From an uncultured Verrucomicrobiota bacterium (GTDB lineage: Bacteria; Verrucomicrobiota; Verrucomicrobiia; Chthoniobacterales; JACTMZ01), in contig CAJBKE010000033.1 of assembly GCA_903953565.1 (NCBI GenBank), forward strand, positions 51,210 through 115,209: a stretch of 64,000 bases of DNA, read 5' to 3'. The position numbers and the translations under genes are program-made. Numbering within the stretch: position 1 is the stretch's first letter; the number at the start of each line of letters is the position of its first letter. The notes under the pieces were generated by a model, which saw only the letters and a list, made by a program, of their open reading frames with translations, made no database searches and was not told the origin of the DNA. Shown one piece after another: positions 54,055 to 62,350 of this stretch.

Positions 54055-55077
54055 ATGAGTGAGAGCGCGGTAAAGATAGCGGCGAGCGTCTTGATTCCGA
54101 CGCATAATCCGCGGCGGGACTATCTCGCGCGGGTGGTAGAAGCGTTGCGCGGCCAGACTCTACCGCGCGAGCGGTGGGAGTTGCTCGTCGTCGATAACAG
54201 CTCGCGGGAGAAATTAGAAGGAAGAGTGGATATCGGGTGGCATCCGAGTGCGCGGGTGGTGTGGGAGGAAAGGCTTGGGCTTACGTTCGCGCGGCTCCGG
54301 GGTTTTGCCGAAGCAAAGGGTAAGCTCATTGTGATGGTCGATGATGACAATGTGCTCGCGCCCGATTATCTCGAAGCGGCTGTGCGTATTGCGCAGGAGC
54401 AACCCGCACTTGGAGCATTTGGAGGGAAATGTCTGCCTGAGTTTGAAGTGGAGCCGGAGCCTTGGCTCGAGGCTAGAGGCAAGGGGCTGGGGCTTCGCGA
54501 TCGTGGCGAACGGGAAGAGTTCTTCCCGGAAGCCGCGGTCGCGGAGGGTGGGAAAGTGGGAAAGTGGGAAGGTGGCAAGGTAAAGCGCGCGGTGCGCCAG
54601 TTTCCGGATTGTGCGCCGATTGGGGCAGGGATGGTCTTGCGGCGGGACGCCGCTCGGGCTTATGCCGAGCGGCTTCAGGTTCGAGGCGAGAGGCAGGAGG
54701 CACGAGGTAAAGAGACGATTACGGATAGGAAAGGCGACAGTTTGGCGTCGGGTGGAGACAATGACATTTGCCTTACGGTGATTGAGGAGGGTTGGCAGGT
54801 CGGGTATTTGCCGCAGTTGCAACTCATGCATTTGATTCCGGAGCGCCGCATGACGCTGGATTACCACAAGCGCATGGCACGGGATTCGATGAAAAGTTTT
54901 ATCCTGATGCTTGATCAGCACGGGATCCGTCCTTGGTCGGCCATGCCGAAGTGGACGTTGCCGTTGCGGGTGGCGAGTGACTGGTGGCGGGTCAAGCCAT
55001 GGCAAGGACCAGGGCAGTCGCTGAGCTTTTGGGGAAACGTCGGGATGTATGAGGGTCGCGCGGCCTTGCCGTGCTAA
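54055..55077 (+). CDS. Glycosyltransferase family 2 (paralog of 34179 and 39705, with word-repeat segments)
   Basis: ATG 54055. ASVLIPTHNPRRDYLARVVEAL, LLVVDNSS, MVDDDNVLAPDY. About 23 aa longer than its paralogs. Confidence 0.8.
   Translation: MSESAVKIAASVLIPTHNPRRDYLARVVEALRGQTLPRERWELLVVDNSSREKLEGRVDIGWHPSARVVWEERLGLTFARLRGFAEAKGKLIVMVDDDNVLAPDYLEAAVRIAQEQPALGAFGGKCLPEFEVEPEPWLEARGKGLGLRDRGEREEFFPEAAVAEGGKVGKWEGGKVKRAVRQFPDCAPIGAGMVLRRDAARAYAERLQVRGERQEARGKETITDRKGDSLASGGDNDICLTVIEEGWQVGYLPQLQLMHLIPERRMTLDYHKRMARDSMKSFILMLDQHGIRPWSAMPKWTLPLRVASDWWRVKPWQGPGQSLSFWGNVGMYEGRAALPC
54548..54579. repeat. Tandem degenerate 8-mer (GTGGGAAA x4) inside the GT2 coding sequence
   Basis: GTGGGAAA GTGGGAAA GTGGGAAG GTGGCAAG, encoding GKVGKWEGGKV. 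Confidence 0.8.
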
Positions 55078-55252
55078 GGTGAGAGGCATGAGGCACTAGG
55101 TAAACAGGCGTTAGTCCCGAGGCGTAAGGCGAGCAGGCGAAAAAGCCGAGAGAACAGAAATCAAAGGTCAGGGGTCGGAGATAGGAGTTCGCACAACAGA
55201 CCTCAGAAACCAGATGCCGGAGGCCGGAGAGCGAAAGACAGAGGACGTAAAG

Positions 55253-56263
55253 ATGCAGGTGAAGCTCACAGAGAAGGAGATTGCCACGGCGCTGGCGCGC
55301 ATACCACCGCCGCCAGGCCCGCGTCCCCCGATCACGGCGGGCGCAGTGGTTTATTGGACATGGCATTACCCGAAGCTCGTCCGGCGCGATGGGGCGCGTG
55401 CGCATTGGGAGGCGTGGCTGGGACGCCGGCGTTTTGTGCGGGCCTTGCGGGACCACAATCCCGAGCCGCCAGCCGGTGTGACCAGGGAAAACCCGCTTGT
55501 GGTCTCGCTTCTCGCGGGTCGCAAACACTCCGCATTAGCCGCACTTGCGCTGCTCTCGTTGCAGCAAAACACGCAAAGGCCGGTCCATCCGGTTGTGCAC
55601 GATGACGGAACACTTACTGTCGCACACCGTGACGAATTAAAGCGCTTCTTTCCGTCGACGCATTTTGTCTCCACCGACGAGATGTGCGTGGCTTTGGACC
55701 GCGTGATCCCCGAGCGGTCTTTCCCTGTTCTTCGTGGCCTTCGCAAAGGCTACATGCACCTGCGAAAACTCACGGACATCCATGCCTCGGGACGAGGGTG
55801 GACACTGGTGATGGACAGTGATGTGATCTTCTATCGCCGACCCGAGGAGCTTCTCCACGCGGTTGATGGATGCGAATGGGGACACATGGTCGACTGCCAG
55901 ACCAGCTACGGCTGTGATGTGAGTTTGCTGCGCGACTTGTCCGGCTTGAATGTGCATTCGCGCCTGAATGCCGGCCTTCTAAACATCAAAAGCTCCGATG
56001 TTGACTGGGAATTCCTTGAGTATGCGGCTGGCGCGATCCTGGCCAAAGCCGGCTTCTCCTATTACCTCGAGCAAGCACTGCTTGCCGTCCTCATGGCGAA
56101 ACACGGCGCCCGCGCATTCGACGCCGGACAGTATCTGGTTAATCCGACGGAGACCCAGTCGCGCGAACAACGCGAAGTTGCGCACCATTATGTGGACCGC
56201 TCGGTTCTTCACCTTTACCGGTTCGCGTGGCAGGGAATCTTGGGGCAGGGTGAAAGGCGATAG
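55253..56263 (+). CDS. Uncharacterised GT-A-like (nucleotide-diphospho-sugar transferase-like) protein, paralog A
   Basis: ATG 55253. LVMDSDVIFY (DxD) and YYLEQALLAVLMA. Clear paralog of 56689..57687. Confidence 0.6.
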   Translation: MQVKLTEKEIATALARIPPPPGPRPPITAGAVVYWTWHYPKLVRRDGARAHWEAWLGRRRFVRALRDHNPEPPAGVTRENPLVVSLLAGRKHSALAALALLSLQQNTQRPVHPVVHDDGTLTVAHRDELKRFFPSTHFVSTDEMCVALDRVIPERSFPVLRGLRKGYMHLRKLTDIHASGRGWTLVMDSDVIFYRRPEELLHAVDGCEWGHMVDCQTSYGCDVSLLRDLSGLNVHSRLNAGLLNIKSSDVDWEFLEYAAGAILAKAGFSYYLEQALLAVLMAKHGARAFDAGQYLVNPTETQSREQREVAHHYVDRSVLHLYRFAWQGILGQGERR

Positions 56264-56280
56264 GCGCTAGGCGAGAGGCG
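56255..56280. repeat. Left inverted-repeat arm of cassette 4
   Basis: AGGCGATAGGCGCTAGGCGAGAGGCG. The reverse complement of 56657-56682 matches 23/26. Contains the stop codon of the upstream gene. Confidence 0.75.
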
Positions 56281-56366
56281 GAAGAGGAAACAGGCGATAG
56301 GTGGCTAGGCGACAGGGGAAACAGGCGCTGGGCGATAGGTAAAACTAGGCGAGAGAAAATACGATA

Positions 56367-56684
56367 ATGGGTAAACGGGGATTTAGGGATTTGAAGGTTT
56401 GGCAACGGGCGAAGGCGCTGGCTGTCGAGGTTTATGCTGCGGTGAGGAGATCACCAGATTTGGCGAAGGAGTTTGGGCTGCGCGATCAGATGCAGCGCTC
56501 TGCCGTTAGCGTTTGTAGCAACATTGCGGAGGGGGACGAAAGAGACATGGATAAGGACGCGGTGCGCTTCTTTTATATGGCAAAAGGTTCGGTCGCAGAG
56601 TTAATCACACAACTCGAGATCGCGAAGGACGTCCGCGCCTCCTGCCTAAAGCCCATCGCCTCTTGCCTAGAGCCTATTGCCTGA
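56367..56684 (+). CDS. Four-helix-bundle protein, copy 4 (C-terminally truncated; possibly decaying)
   Basis: About 80% nt-similar to copy 2 through QLEIAKD. The last helix is then replaced by repeat-encoded ASCLKPIASCLEPIA. Confidence 0.7.
   Translation: MGKRGFRDLKVWQRAKALAVEVYAAVRRSPDLAKEFGLRDQMQRSAVSVCSNIAEGDERDMDKDAVRFFYMAKGSVAELITQLEIAKDVRASCLKPIASCLEPIA
56657..56682. repeat. Right inverted-repeat arm of cassette 4
   Basis: CGCCTCTTGCCTAGAGCCTATTGCCT. The ORF stop TGA follows at 56682-56684. Confidence 0.75.
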
Positions 56685-56688
56685 TCCC

Positions 56689-57687
56689 ATGACTTTAGGA
56701 CGTCTGGTATACGTGCTCTACCACCGGCCGGTTGGCCGGTTAAAAACGTGCTTACGCGAGGGTGGCCCGATCCAACAGTGGAAGACGGAGAAGGGGAGGA
56801 GGGAGATGGAGCAGGCGGCCTACGGCCTGACTGCTCCAGTGACGAGTGACAAGTGGCGAGTGACGAGTGCTTCGGAGGTCGGAGGTCAGATATCAGACAT
56901 CCGGTCCCCGATCTCTGGAGCGCCGGTCGAGATCCATATGTTGGTGGGAACGCGGTTTTGGTTTATGGCTGCCTACGCGTTGGTAAGTTTACAGCGGCAG
57001 ATCGACCGCGCGTTGCACGTGCATTTTTACGACGATGGGTCGCTCGAGGCGCGGCAACGGGAGAAGCTCAGAGAGTTGGCAGCGGAAGTGACTTTTCATG
57101 ACCGTGCAGGTATCGATGCGCGAATCGGGCAATATCTGCCGGAAGAGAAGTTCCCGTTTATCCGTGAGCGGCTGCGGAATTACCCGAATCTGAAAAAGCT
57201 GACGGATCCTCATGTTGGCTCAAGTGGGCCAAAGCTGGTCATGGATGCTGATGTCTTGTTTTTCGGTTGGCCGAAGGAATTACTTCAATGGTCCGATACA
57301 CCTGAAACCATTCTCTGCGCCACTGATGTAACTGAGAGCTATGGATACTCGCGGGCATTGATGGAGAAATTGGCCGGGGCGCCGATTCCCCTAGACATCA
57401 ATGTCGGCATTACTGGTCTGCAATCCGAGTCTCTGAACTGGCAAGAGCTGGAGCGCTGGTGTCGCGAGCTGATCACGCACGAGAAGACCAACTATTATCT
57501 CGAACAAGCACTCGTTGCGATGCTGTGTGCGCAGCGCCCTTTCACGCAGCTGCCCTTGGAGCGATATATCACCGGACCTTCCGACACGCAGGTGCTGGTA
57601 GGGGAAGGTGTAATGCAGCATTACGTGGACCTCTCAAAGAAGGAATACTTCCGAAAGGTGTGGAAGAAATTCACTGCTGAATCGTGA
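56689..57687 (+). CDS. Uncharacterised GT-A-like protein, paralog B
   Basis: LVMDADVLFF (DxD) and YYLEQALVAMLCA. The N-terminal region carries an ~83-nt word-repeat insertion. Confidence 0.6.
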   Translation: MTLGRLVYVLYHRPVGRLKTCLREGGPIQQWKTEKGRREMEQAAYGLTAPVTSDKWRVTSASEVGGQISDIRSPISGAPVEIHMLVGTRFWFMAAYALVSLQRQIDRALHVHFYDDGSLEARQREKLRELAAEVTFHDRAGIDARIGQYLPEEKFPFIRERLRNYPNLKKLTDPHVGSSGPKLVMDADVLFFGWPKELLQWSDTPETILCATDVTESYGYSRALMEKLAGAPIPLDINVGITGLQSESLNWQELERWCRELITHEKTNYYLEQALVAMLCAQRPFTQLPLERYITGPSDTQVLVGEGVMQHYVDLSKKEYFRKVWKKFTAES

Positions 57688-58631
57688 GTGCGCCACTCGT
57701 TTCCATATGCATGCCCTGCTACAACGCGGGAAAATATGTGGCCGAAGCCATAGACTCGGTGCTGGCGCAAACTTATCCCAACCTAGAGATCATCGTGGTC
57801 AATGATGGCTCCAAGGACAACAGCGCCGAGGTGACTGAGGGTTACCGGTCGAAGGGTGTGAAAGTCATTCACCAGGAGAATCGAGGCCAGTGCGCCGCGG
57901 CCAACCGCGCCTACGCCGAAGCGCGGGGCGAATACATCAAGTTTTTCGATGCGGACGACATTCTTTCGCCGGGTTTTGTCGAGGCTCAGATGCGGCGACT
58001 GAATGGGCGGACTGATGCGGTTGCTTCGGCGAGATGGGGGCGTTTCTACAATGATGATGTTTTGAGTGCTCAAACAACTCCCGAAGCAAACTGGAAAGAC
58101 ATGGAGCCGACCGATTGGTTGGTAGAGTCGTACATCGACTGCCGGGGAGTCATGCAATGCGCGCTGTGGATGCTTCCCCGGATGCTACTGGAAAAAACCG
58201 GCGTTTGGGACGAGCGGCTTTCGTTGATCAATGACTTCGAGTTTTTCTCGCGTGTGTTGTGCCATGCGAGTGAAGTTCTTTTCTGCGAGGACGCGATCTT
58301 ATATTATCGTTCCGGAATCTCGGGATCGTTAAGCGCGCAAATGTCGCACAAAGCGCGTGAATCTGAGTGCGACTCGCTGCTCATGGGAACGAGCCATCTG
58401 CTGGCCAAACGCTCCGACCCTAGGGCCCGTCTAGCGTGTGCCAATGTCTGCCAGCACTTGATCTTCGATTTGTATCCACAGTATCCCGATTTACGCGCCA
58501 AGTTGGCGGCCAGAGTTGCCGAGTGTGGCGGAGCTGAAATCAAGCCTTCCGGGGGTAGGTATTTCCAGATGCTGAGGCCCTTCATCGGTTGGAAACTGGC
58601 GCGACGCTTGCAGCGAGCTTGCGGCCGTTGA
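57684..58631 (+). CDS. Glycosyltransferase family 2
   Basis: VSICMPCYNAGKYVAEAIDSVLAQ, VVNDGSKDNS, FFDADD. The start overlaps the previous stop. Confidence 0.85.
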   Translation: MSAPLVSICMPCYNAGKYVAEAIDSVLAQTYPNLEIIVVNDGSKDNSAEVTEGYRSKGVKVIHQENRGQCAAANRAYAEARGEYIKFFDADDILSPGFVEAQMRRLNGRTDAVASARWGRFYNDDVLSAQTTPEANWKDMEPTDWLVESYIDCRGVMQCALWMLPRMLLEKTGVWDERLSLINDFEFFSRVLCHASEVLFCEDAILYYRSGISGSLSAQMSHKARESECDSLLMGTSHLLAKRSDPRARLACANVCQHLIFDLYPQYPDLRAKLAARVAECGGAEIKPSGGRYFQMLRPFIGWKLARRLQRACGR

Positions 58632-58644
58632 GACAACAAATCCT

Positions 58645-59940
58645 ATGAGTCGGGGCGGCAAAAAGACGCGCGTGGTGGCTCTCGCCTCCGGCGATCACAT
58701 TTGCAGCACCCCGCGGGTGGTTAAGGAAGCGGATGCCCTTTCGGACGCCGGCTGCAAGGTGCATGTGCTGGGCGGAGCCTATGCCGCAGACCTCAAGCAG
58801 CGCGACTTGAGTTTGGCCGAGGGCCGCGATTGGGAGTTCCGTCATGTCTATGACCTCACTGGAAGTGCTGCTGGCCGCATATGGCTCAAAGTCCGGAGAA
58901 AATTCGGCCTGCTTTTGTGGAGCAAGGCGCGGCTAGCCAACTCGTGGCAAATCTTCTATGGCACGGGCGATATCGCCCGTGCTGTGGCACGTCTGGACGC
59001 TGACTTGACCATCATTCACTGGGAGACGGCGCTGCCGGCTGGAATCGCGCAATTGAAAAGAGGAAAAGCAGTCGGTATCGACTTGGAAGATTGGTTCTCA
59101 GAGGACCTCCTTCCTTCGGCCCGAGCCGGCAGGCCGATTGCCATGCTTGCTGCGATGGAGAAACAATTGCTCTCCGATGGCGTGCATAGCACGTGTACCT
59201 CGGAAGCGATGGCCGGCGCACTTGTCGAGCGCTACCAATGCCGCCGGCCTTTGCCCATACGCAACGTGTTCCCCTCGGCCGAGCGCAACCAGATAGACGC
59301 GGAATGGAAGGATCGCACCGGGCTTTCCAGCCGCAACAGCGCACGCTCACCACGGAGCGAAACAGCACCAGTCTCAATTTTCTGGTATTCGCAAACCATC
59401 GGACCGGGCCGCGGCCTCGAAGAGCTTTTCCATGCGGCCGCTCTTCTTCGCGGCAATTTTGAAATCCATCTCCGCGGTGATGTTCGCGGCTACGAGACCT
59501 GGTTCGACGGAATAGTTGCACCGCAAGTGCAGCCTCGAGTTCACCTTCATCAGCTTGTGAGCAACGAAGAATTGCTCTCGCGGATCGCCGAACACGATGT
59601 CGGATTCGCCGGGGAGCGTGCCGAGCCGCCAAGCCGTGACCTCACTATCACGAACAAGTTCTTCCAATATCTGCAGGGTGGTTTGGCCGTGGTTGCGAGC
59701 GAAACAGCCGGCCAGAAGGAGGCTGCGCAAGCGGCCGGTGGCGCTGTGATGCTGCACAAACAGGGAGATACCCCGGCACTCGCGGCGAACTTGCAGCGAT
59801 TGATCAACGATCGATCTCATCTTAATGCGATGCGGGCAGCTTCGTGGGAAGCAGGTGAGCGGTTGGGTTGGGAGAATGAGGCACCGAAGTTGGTTGAATC
59901 GGTGGAGAGGGCGCTCGAGGGAAGAAAAGTGAGGCTATAG
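58645..59940 (+). CDS. Glycosyltransferase, GT-B fold (GT4-like)
   Basis: 431 aa. The C-terminal region FAGERAEPPSRDLTITNKFFQYLQGGLAVVAS resembles the EX7E-type donor-binding domain. Confidence 0.65.
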   Translation: MSRGGKKTRVVALASGDHICSTPRVVKEADALSDAGCKVHVLGGAYAADLKQRDLSLAEGRDWEFRHVYDLTGSAAGRIWLKVRRKFGLLLWSKARLANSWQIFYGTGDIARAVARLDADLTIIHWETALPAGIAQLKRGKAVGIDLEDWFSEDLLPSARAGRPIAMLAAMEKQLLSDGVHSTCTSEAMAGALVERYQCRRPLPIRNVFPSAERNQIDAEWKDRTGLSSRNSARSPRSETAPVSIFWYSQTIGPGRGLEELFHAAALLRGNFEIHLRGDVRGYETWFDGIVAPQVQPRVHLHQLVSNEELLSRIAEHDVGFAGERAEPPSRDLTITNKFFQYLQGGLAVVASETAGQKEAAQAAGGAVMLHKQGDTPALAANLQRLINDRSHLNAMRAASWEAGERLGWENEAPKLVESVERALEGRKVRL

Positions 59941-59976
59941 GCGCTAGGCAAGAGGCGATAGGAAGTTAAAGAGGCG

Positions 59977-60738
59977 ATGGATTTACCAATTCTGATGTAT
60001 CACGCGGTGGAGGCTGGGGAGCCGAGCGGATACGGATATGCGGTATCGGCGGCGCAATTTGAGCGTCAGTTGGATACTATCCAGCGGGCGGGATTTGAGG
60101 CGATTTCACTCGATCGGTTGTTCGACGGGTTGGACGGGAAAGCGCCGTTGCCTCGCAAGCCGATCGTTCTGACGTTCGACGATGCCTACCGCAATGTTCA
60201 CCAAGTAGCTTGGCCTTTGATGCGCGATCGCACCATGACGGGAACGGTATTTGCCGTTGCCGACCACGTCGGGGGGGCGAACGAGTGGGACGAGGGCAAA
60301 GGAATGCCGCGATTGGAGTTGATGAACGCTGCCGAGCTGCGGTCGCTAGCCGATGCGGGGTGGGAAATTGGCTCTCATGGTTGCCGGCATCTCGAATTGG
60401 CGCAAGTGGAGGAGGCCCGTCAACGCGATGAAATTGTCCGATCAAGAAGCCAATTGGAATCGTTGCTGGGAATCGTTCCGGAGTTTTACGCCTATCCCCA
60501 TGGGAGCTACACCGAACAGGTGGAGGAGGTGCTGCGCGAGGCGGGCTATCGCGGAGCGGTTTCCATGTTCTCCAGAATGGGTTCTGTGACTGAGGATCGA
60601 TACTGCATGCGGCGGGTTATGCCGCATCGTGGTGACTCGGCGTTGAGTTTCCGGCTTAAGTTGTCGCCGATTTATCTGCGATACGTGGCGTGGAGAGACC
60701 AGAGGAGGTATAACGGGGGTCAGAGATCGGAGGTCTGA
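59977..60738 (+). CDS. Polysaccharide deacetylase (CE4)
   Basis: PILMYHAV, VLTFDDAY, GSHGCRH, YAYPHGSY motifs. Confidence 0.85.
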   Translation: MDLPILMYHAVEAGEPSGYGYAVSAAQFERQLDTIQRAGFEAISLDRLFDGLDGKAPLPRKPIVLTFDDAYRNVHQVAWPLMRDRTMTGTVFAVADHVGGANEWDEGKGMPRLELMNAAELRSLADAGWEIGSHGCRHLELAQVEEARQRDEIVRSRSQLESLLGIVPEFYAYPHGSYTEQVEEVLREAGYRGAVSMFSRMGSVTEDRYCMRRVMPHRGDSALSFRLKLSPIYLRYVAWRDQRRYNGGQRSEV

Positions 60739-60816
60739 GGTCAGAAGTCGGAGATCAGAGGTCTGGGCGATTGCTTAAAACTTACAAACTTAATTCGTAA
60801 AACTGGCAGAAACTTT

Positions 60817-61647
60817 ATGGATAAGGAAAAAGCACTAAAGCGCGGGGAGTGGTTGACGCGGATGCGTCCGCTGGAGCTTGCGTTGTTTTTGAAGTGGGCC
60901 CTGCGGGTCAGACGCCTTGAGACAGAGGTGCAAGGCATCAGGATGTGGGTCGATCCGGCGAGCAACTTCGGCAAACGAGTCCTGCGGGAAGGAAACTACG
61001 AAGCGGATTTGACCGGTGCGTTCCGCGAATTGCTTCAACCCGGCCAGACATTTGTCGATGTCGGAGCGAACGAGGGATGGTTCTCCATGTTGGCGGCTGG
61101 ATTGGTCGGTCCAACCGGTCGTGTGCTGGCGTGCGAACCGCAAGAGCGACTCTGGGCAGTCATTGCAAAAAACATTTTCCTCAACGGCTATGCCAATGTG
61201 CAGCTTCTGCCGTTTGCGGTTGCCGAGCAGTCGGGTGAAGCGGTCATCAACCTCTATCCCTCGCTGAACACCGGTTCTTCCAACATCAGCGACAGCAAGC
61301 GGCGGTGGGAGACTCAGCAGCGGATCAAGCTGCTGCCGCTTACGGAGATTCTGGAATCCTTGAACGGCAGCCCTGTGGACCTCATGAAAGTCGATGTCGA
61401 GGGGTTCGAGCACAAGGTGCTCGAAAGTGCGGGAGACCATCTGGGGACCACGATCAGGAGCTTGGTGGTGGAGTTGCACCCCGAGCAGCTCGAAGCGCTC
61501 GGGTCGACTGTTGACGCGGTGATGCGTTTGCTCGAGTCGAGAGGCTATACCAAAGAGACTTCTTCCGGTGTGGATGTGTGGAGACTGGGCGGAACGGGGA
61601 ACGGGGTGAAAGCTGCCAATGCGCTGGCGGGTCGTGTCGCCGCCTGA
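60817..61647 (+). CDS. FkbM-family methyltransferase
   Basis: FVDVGANEGWFSMLAA ... ACEP ... DLMKVDVEGFEHKVL. Confidence 0.85.
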   Translation: MDKEKALKRGEWLTRMRPLELALFLKWALRVRRLETEVQGIRMWVDPASNFGKRVLREGNYEADLTGAFRELLQPGQTFVDVGANEGWFSMLAAGLVGPTGRVLACEPQERLWAVIAKNIFLNGYANVQLLPFAVAEQSGEAVINLYPSLNTGSSNISDSKRRWETQQRIKLLPLTEILESLNGSPVDLMKVDVEGFEHKVLESAGDHLGTTIRSLVVELHPEQLEALGSTVDAVMRLLESRGYTKETSSGVDVWRLGGTGNGVKAANALAGRVAA

Positions 61648-61652
61648 AATTC

Positions 61653-62333
61653 ATGAATCAGCAAATTAGCAGGTTCGTCTCCAAAGCCGTCGCGAAACTC
61701 CGCTACGATTTCTGGGATGCTCCTCGTGGGAGAGGGCGTTCTCCGGGCAAAGATCTATGGGACGACCAGTTCCGTTCTGGTTCATGGAATGGTTTGGGGG
61801 TGGCCGGGGAGGTCGCGCACTATGCGATCCTGGCCGCTTACGCTCCCTATCTGCATCCGAGCCCCGATATACTCGACGTGGGCTGCGGCCAAGGCGAACT
61901 GGTGAAGCACTTGAAGCTGCGCGGCTTCAATTCCTATCTGGGAATCGATCTGTCATCGGAGGCTGTTCAGCAGGCCGCGGCATCACACGCCTGCGAAAAA
62001 ATTCATTTTGTCAGTGCCAATCTTGATTCTTGGACCACAGAGCAAACCTTCGACCTCATCATATTCAACGAGTCCCTTTACTACTCGCGCGAACCCGCCG
62101 CGACGCTTGAGCGGTATGCGACTTACCTGCGTGCGCCGGCCGAGGGCGGATTACTCATATCGATGTGCGAGTATGGCAACCATGAGATCATCTGGCGGCA
62201 AATCGAGAAGAAATACAGCCCCGTTTTTTCCACTCGTGTGGAGAATGAAAATGCGCAAGCTTGGAACATAAAGGGATTCAAGACAACGGGGCCACGCGGG
62301 TGCGCACAAGGCTCTCCAATGGCTTCGTCTTGA
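61653..62333 (+). CDS. Class I SAM-dependent methyltransferase
   Basis: ATG 61653. ILDVGCGQGEL (motif I), FDLIIFNESLYY. Confidence 0.75.
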   Translation: MNQQISRFVSKAVAKLRYDFWDAPRGRGRSPGKDLWDDQFRSGSWNGLGVAGEVAHYAILAAYAPYLHPSPDILDVGCGQGELVKHLKLRGFNSYLGIDLSSEAVQQAAASHACEKIHFVSANLDSWTTEQTFDLIIFNESLYYSREPAATLERYATYLRAPAEGGLLISMCEYGNHEIIWRQIEKKYSPVFSTRVENENAQAWNIKGFKTTGPRGCAQGSPMASS

Positions 62334-62350
62334 TCACCGCGTCAAAGGGC

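Noticed and set aside
36342-56684. Four-helix-bundle (Avd-like) genes as part of a diversity-generating retroelement
   Set aside because: There is no reverse transcriptase ORF and no template/variable repeat pair with adenine-specific differences anywhere in the window.
35133-60816. Possibility that the recurring spacer words are a CRISPR array or arrays
   Set aside because: The repeats are degenerate and of variable length, and are not regularly interspaced with unique spacers. They lie between and inside ordinary genes. No cas genes are present.
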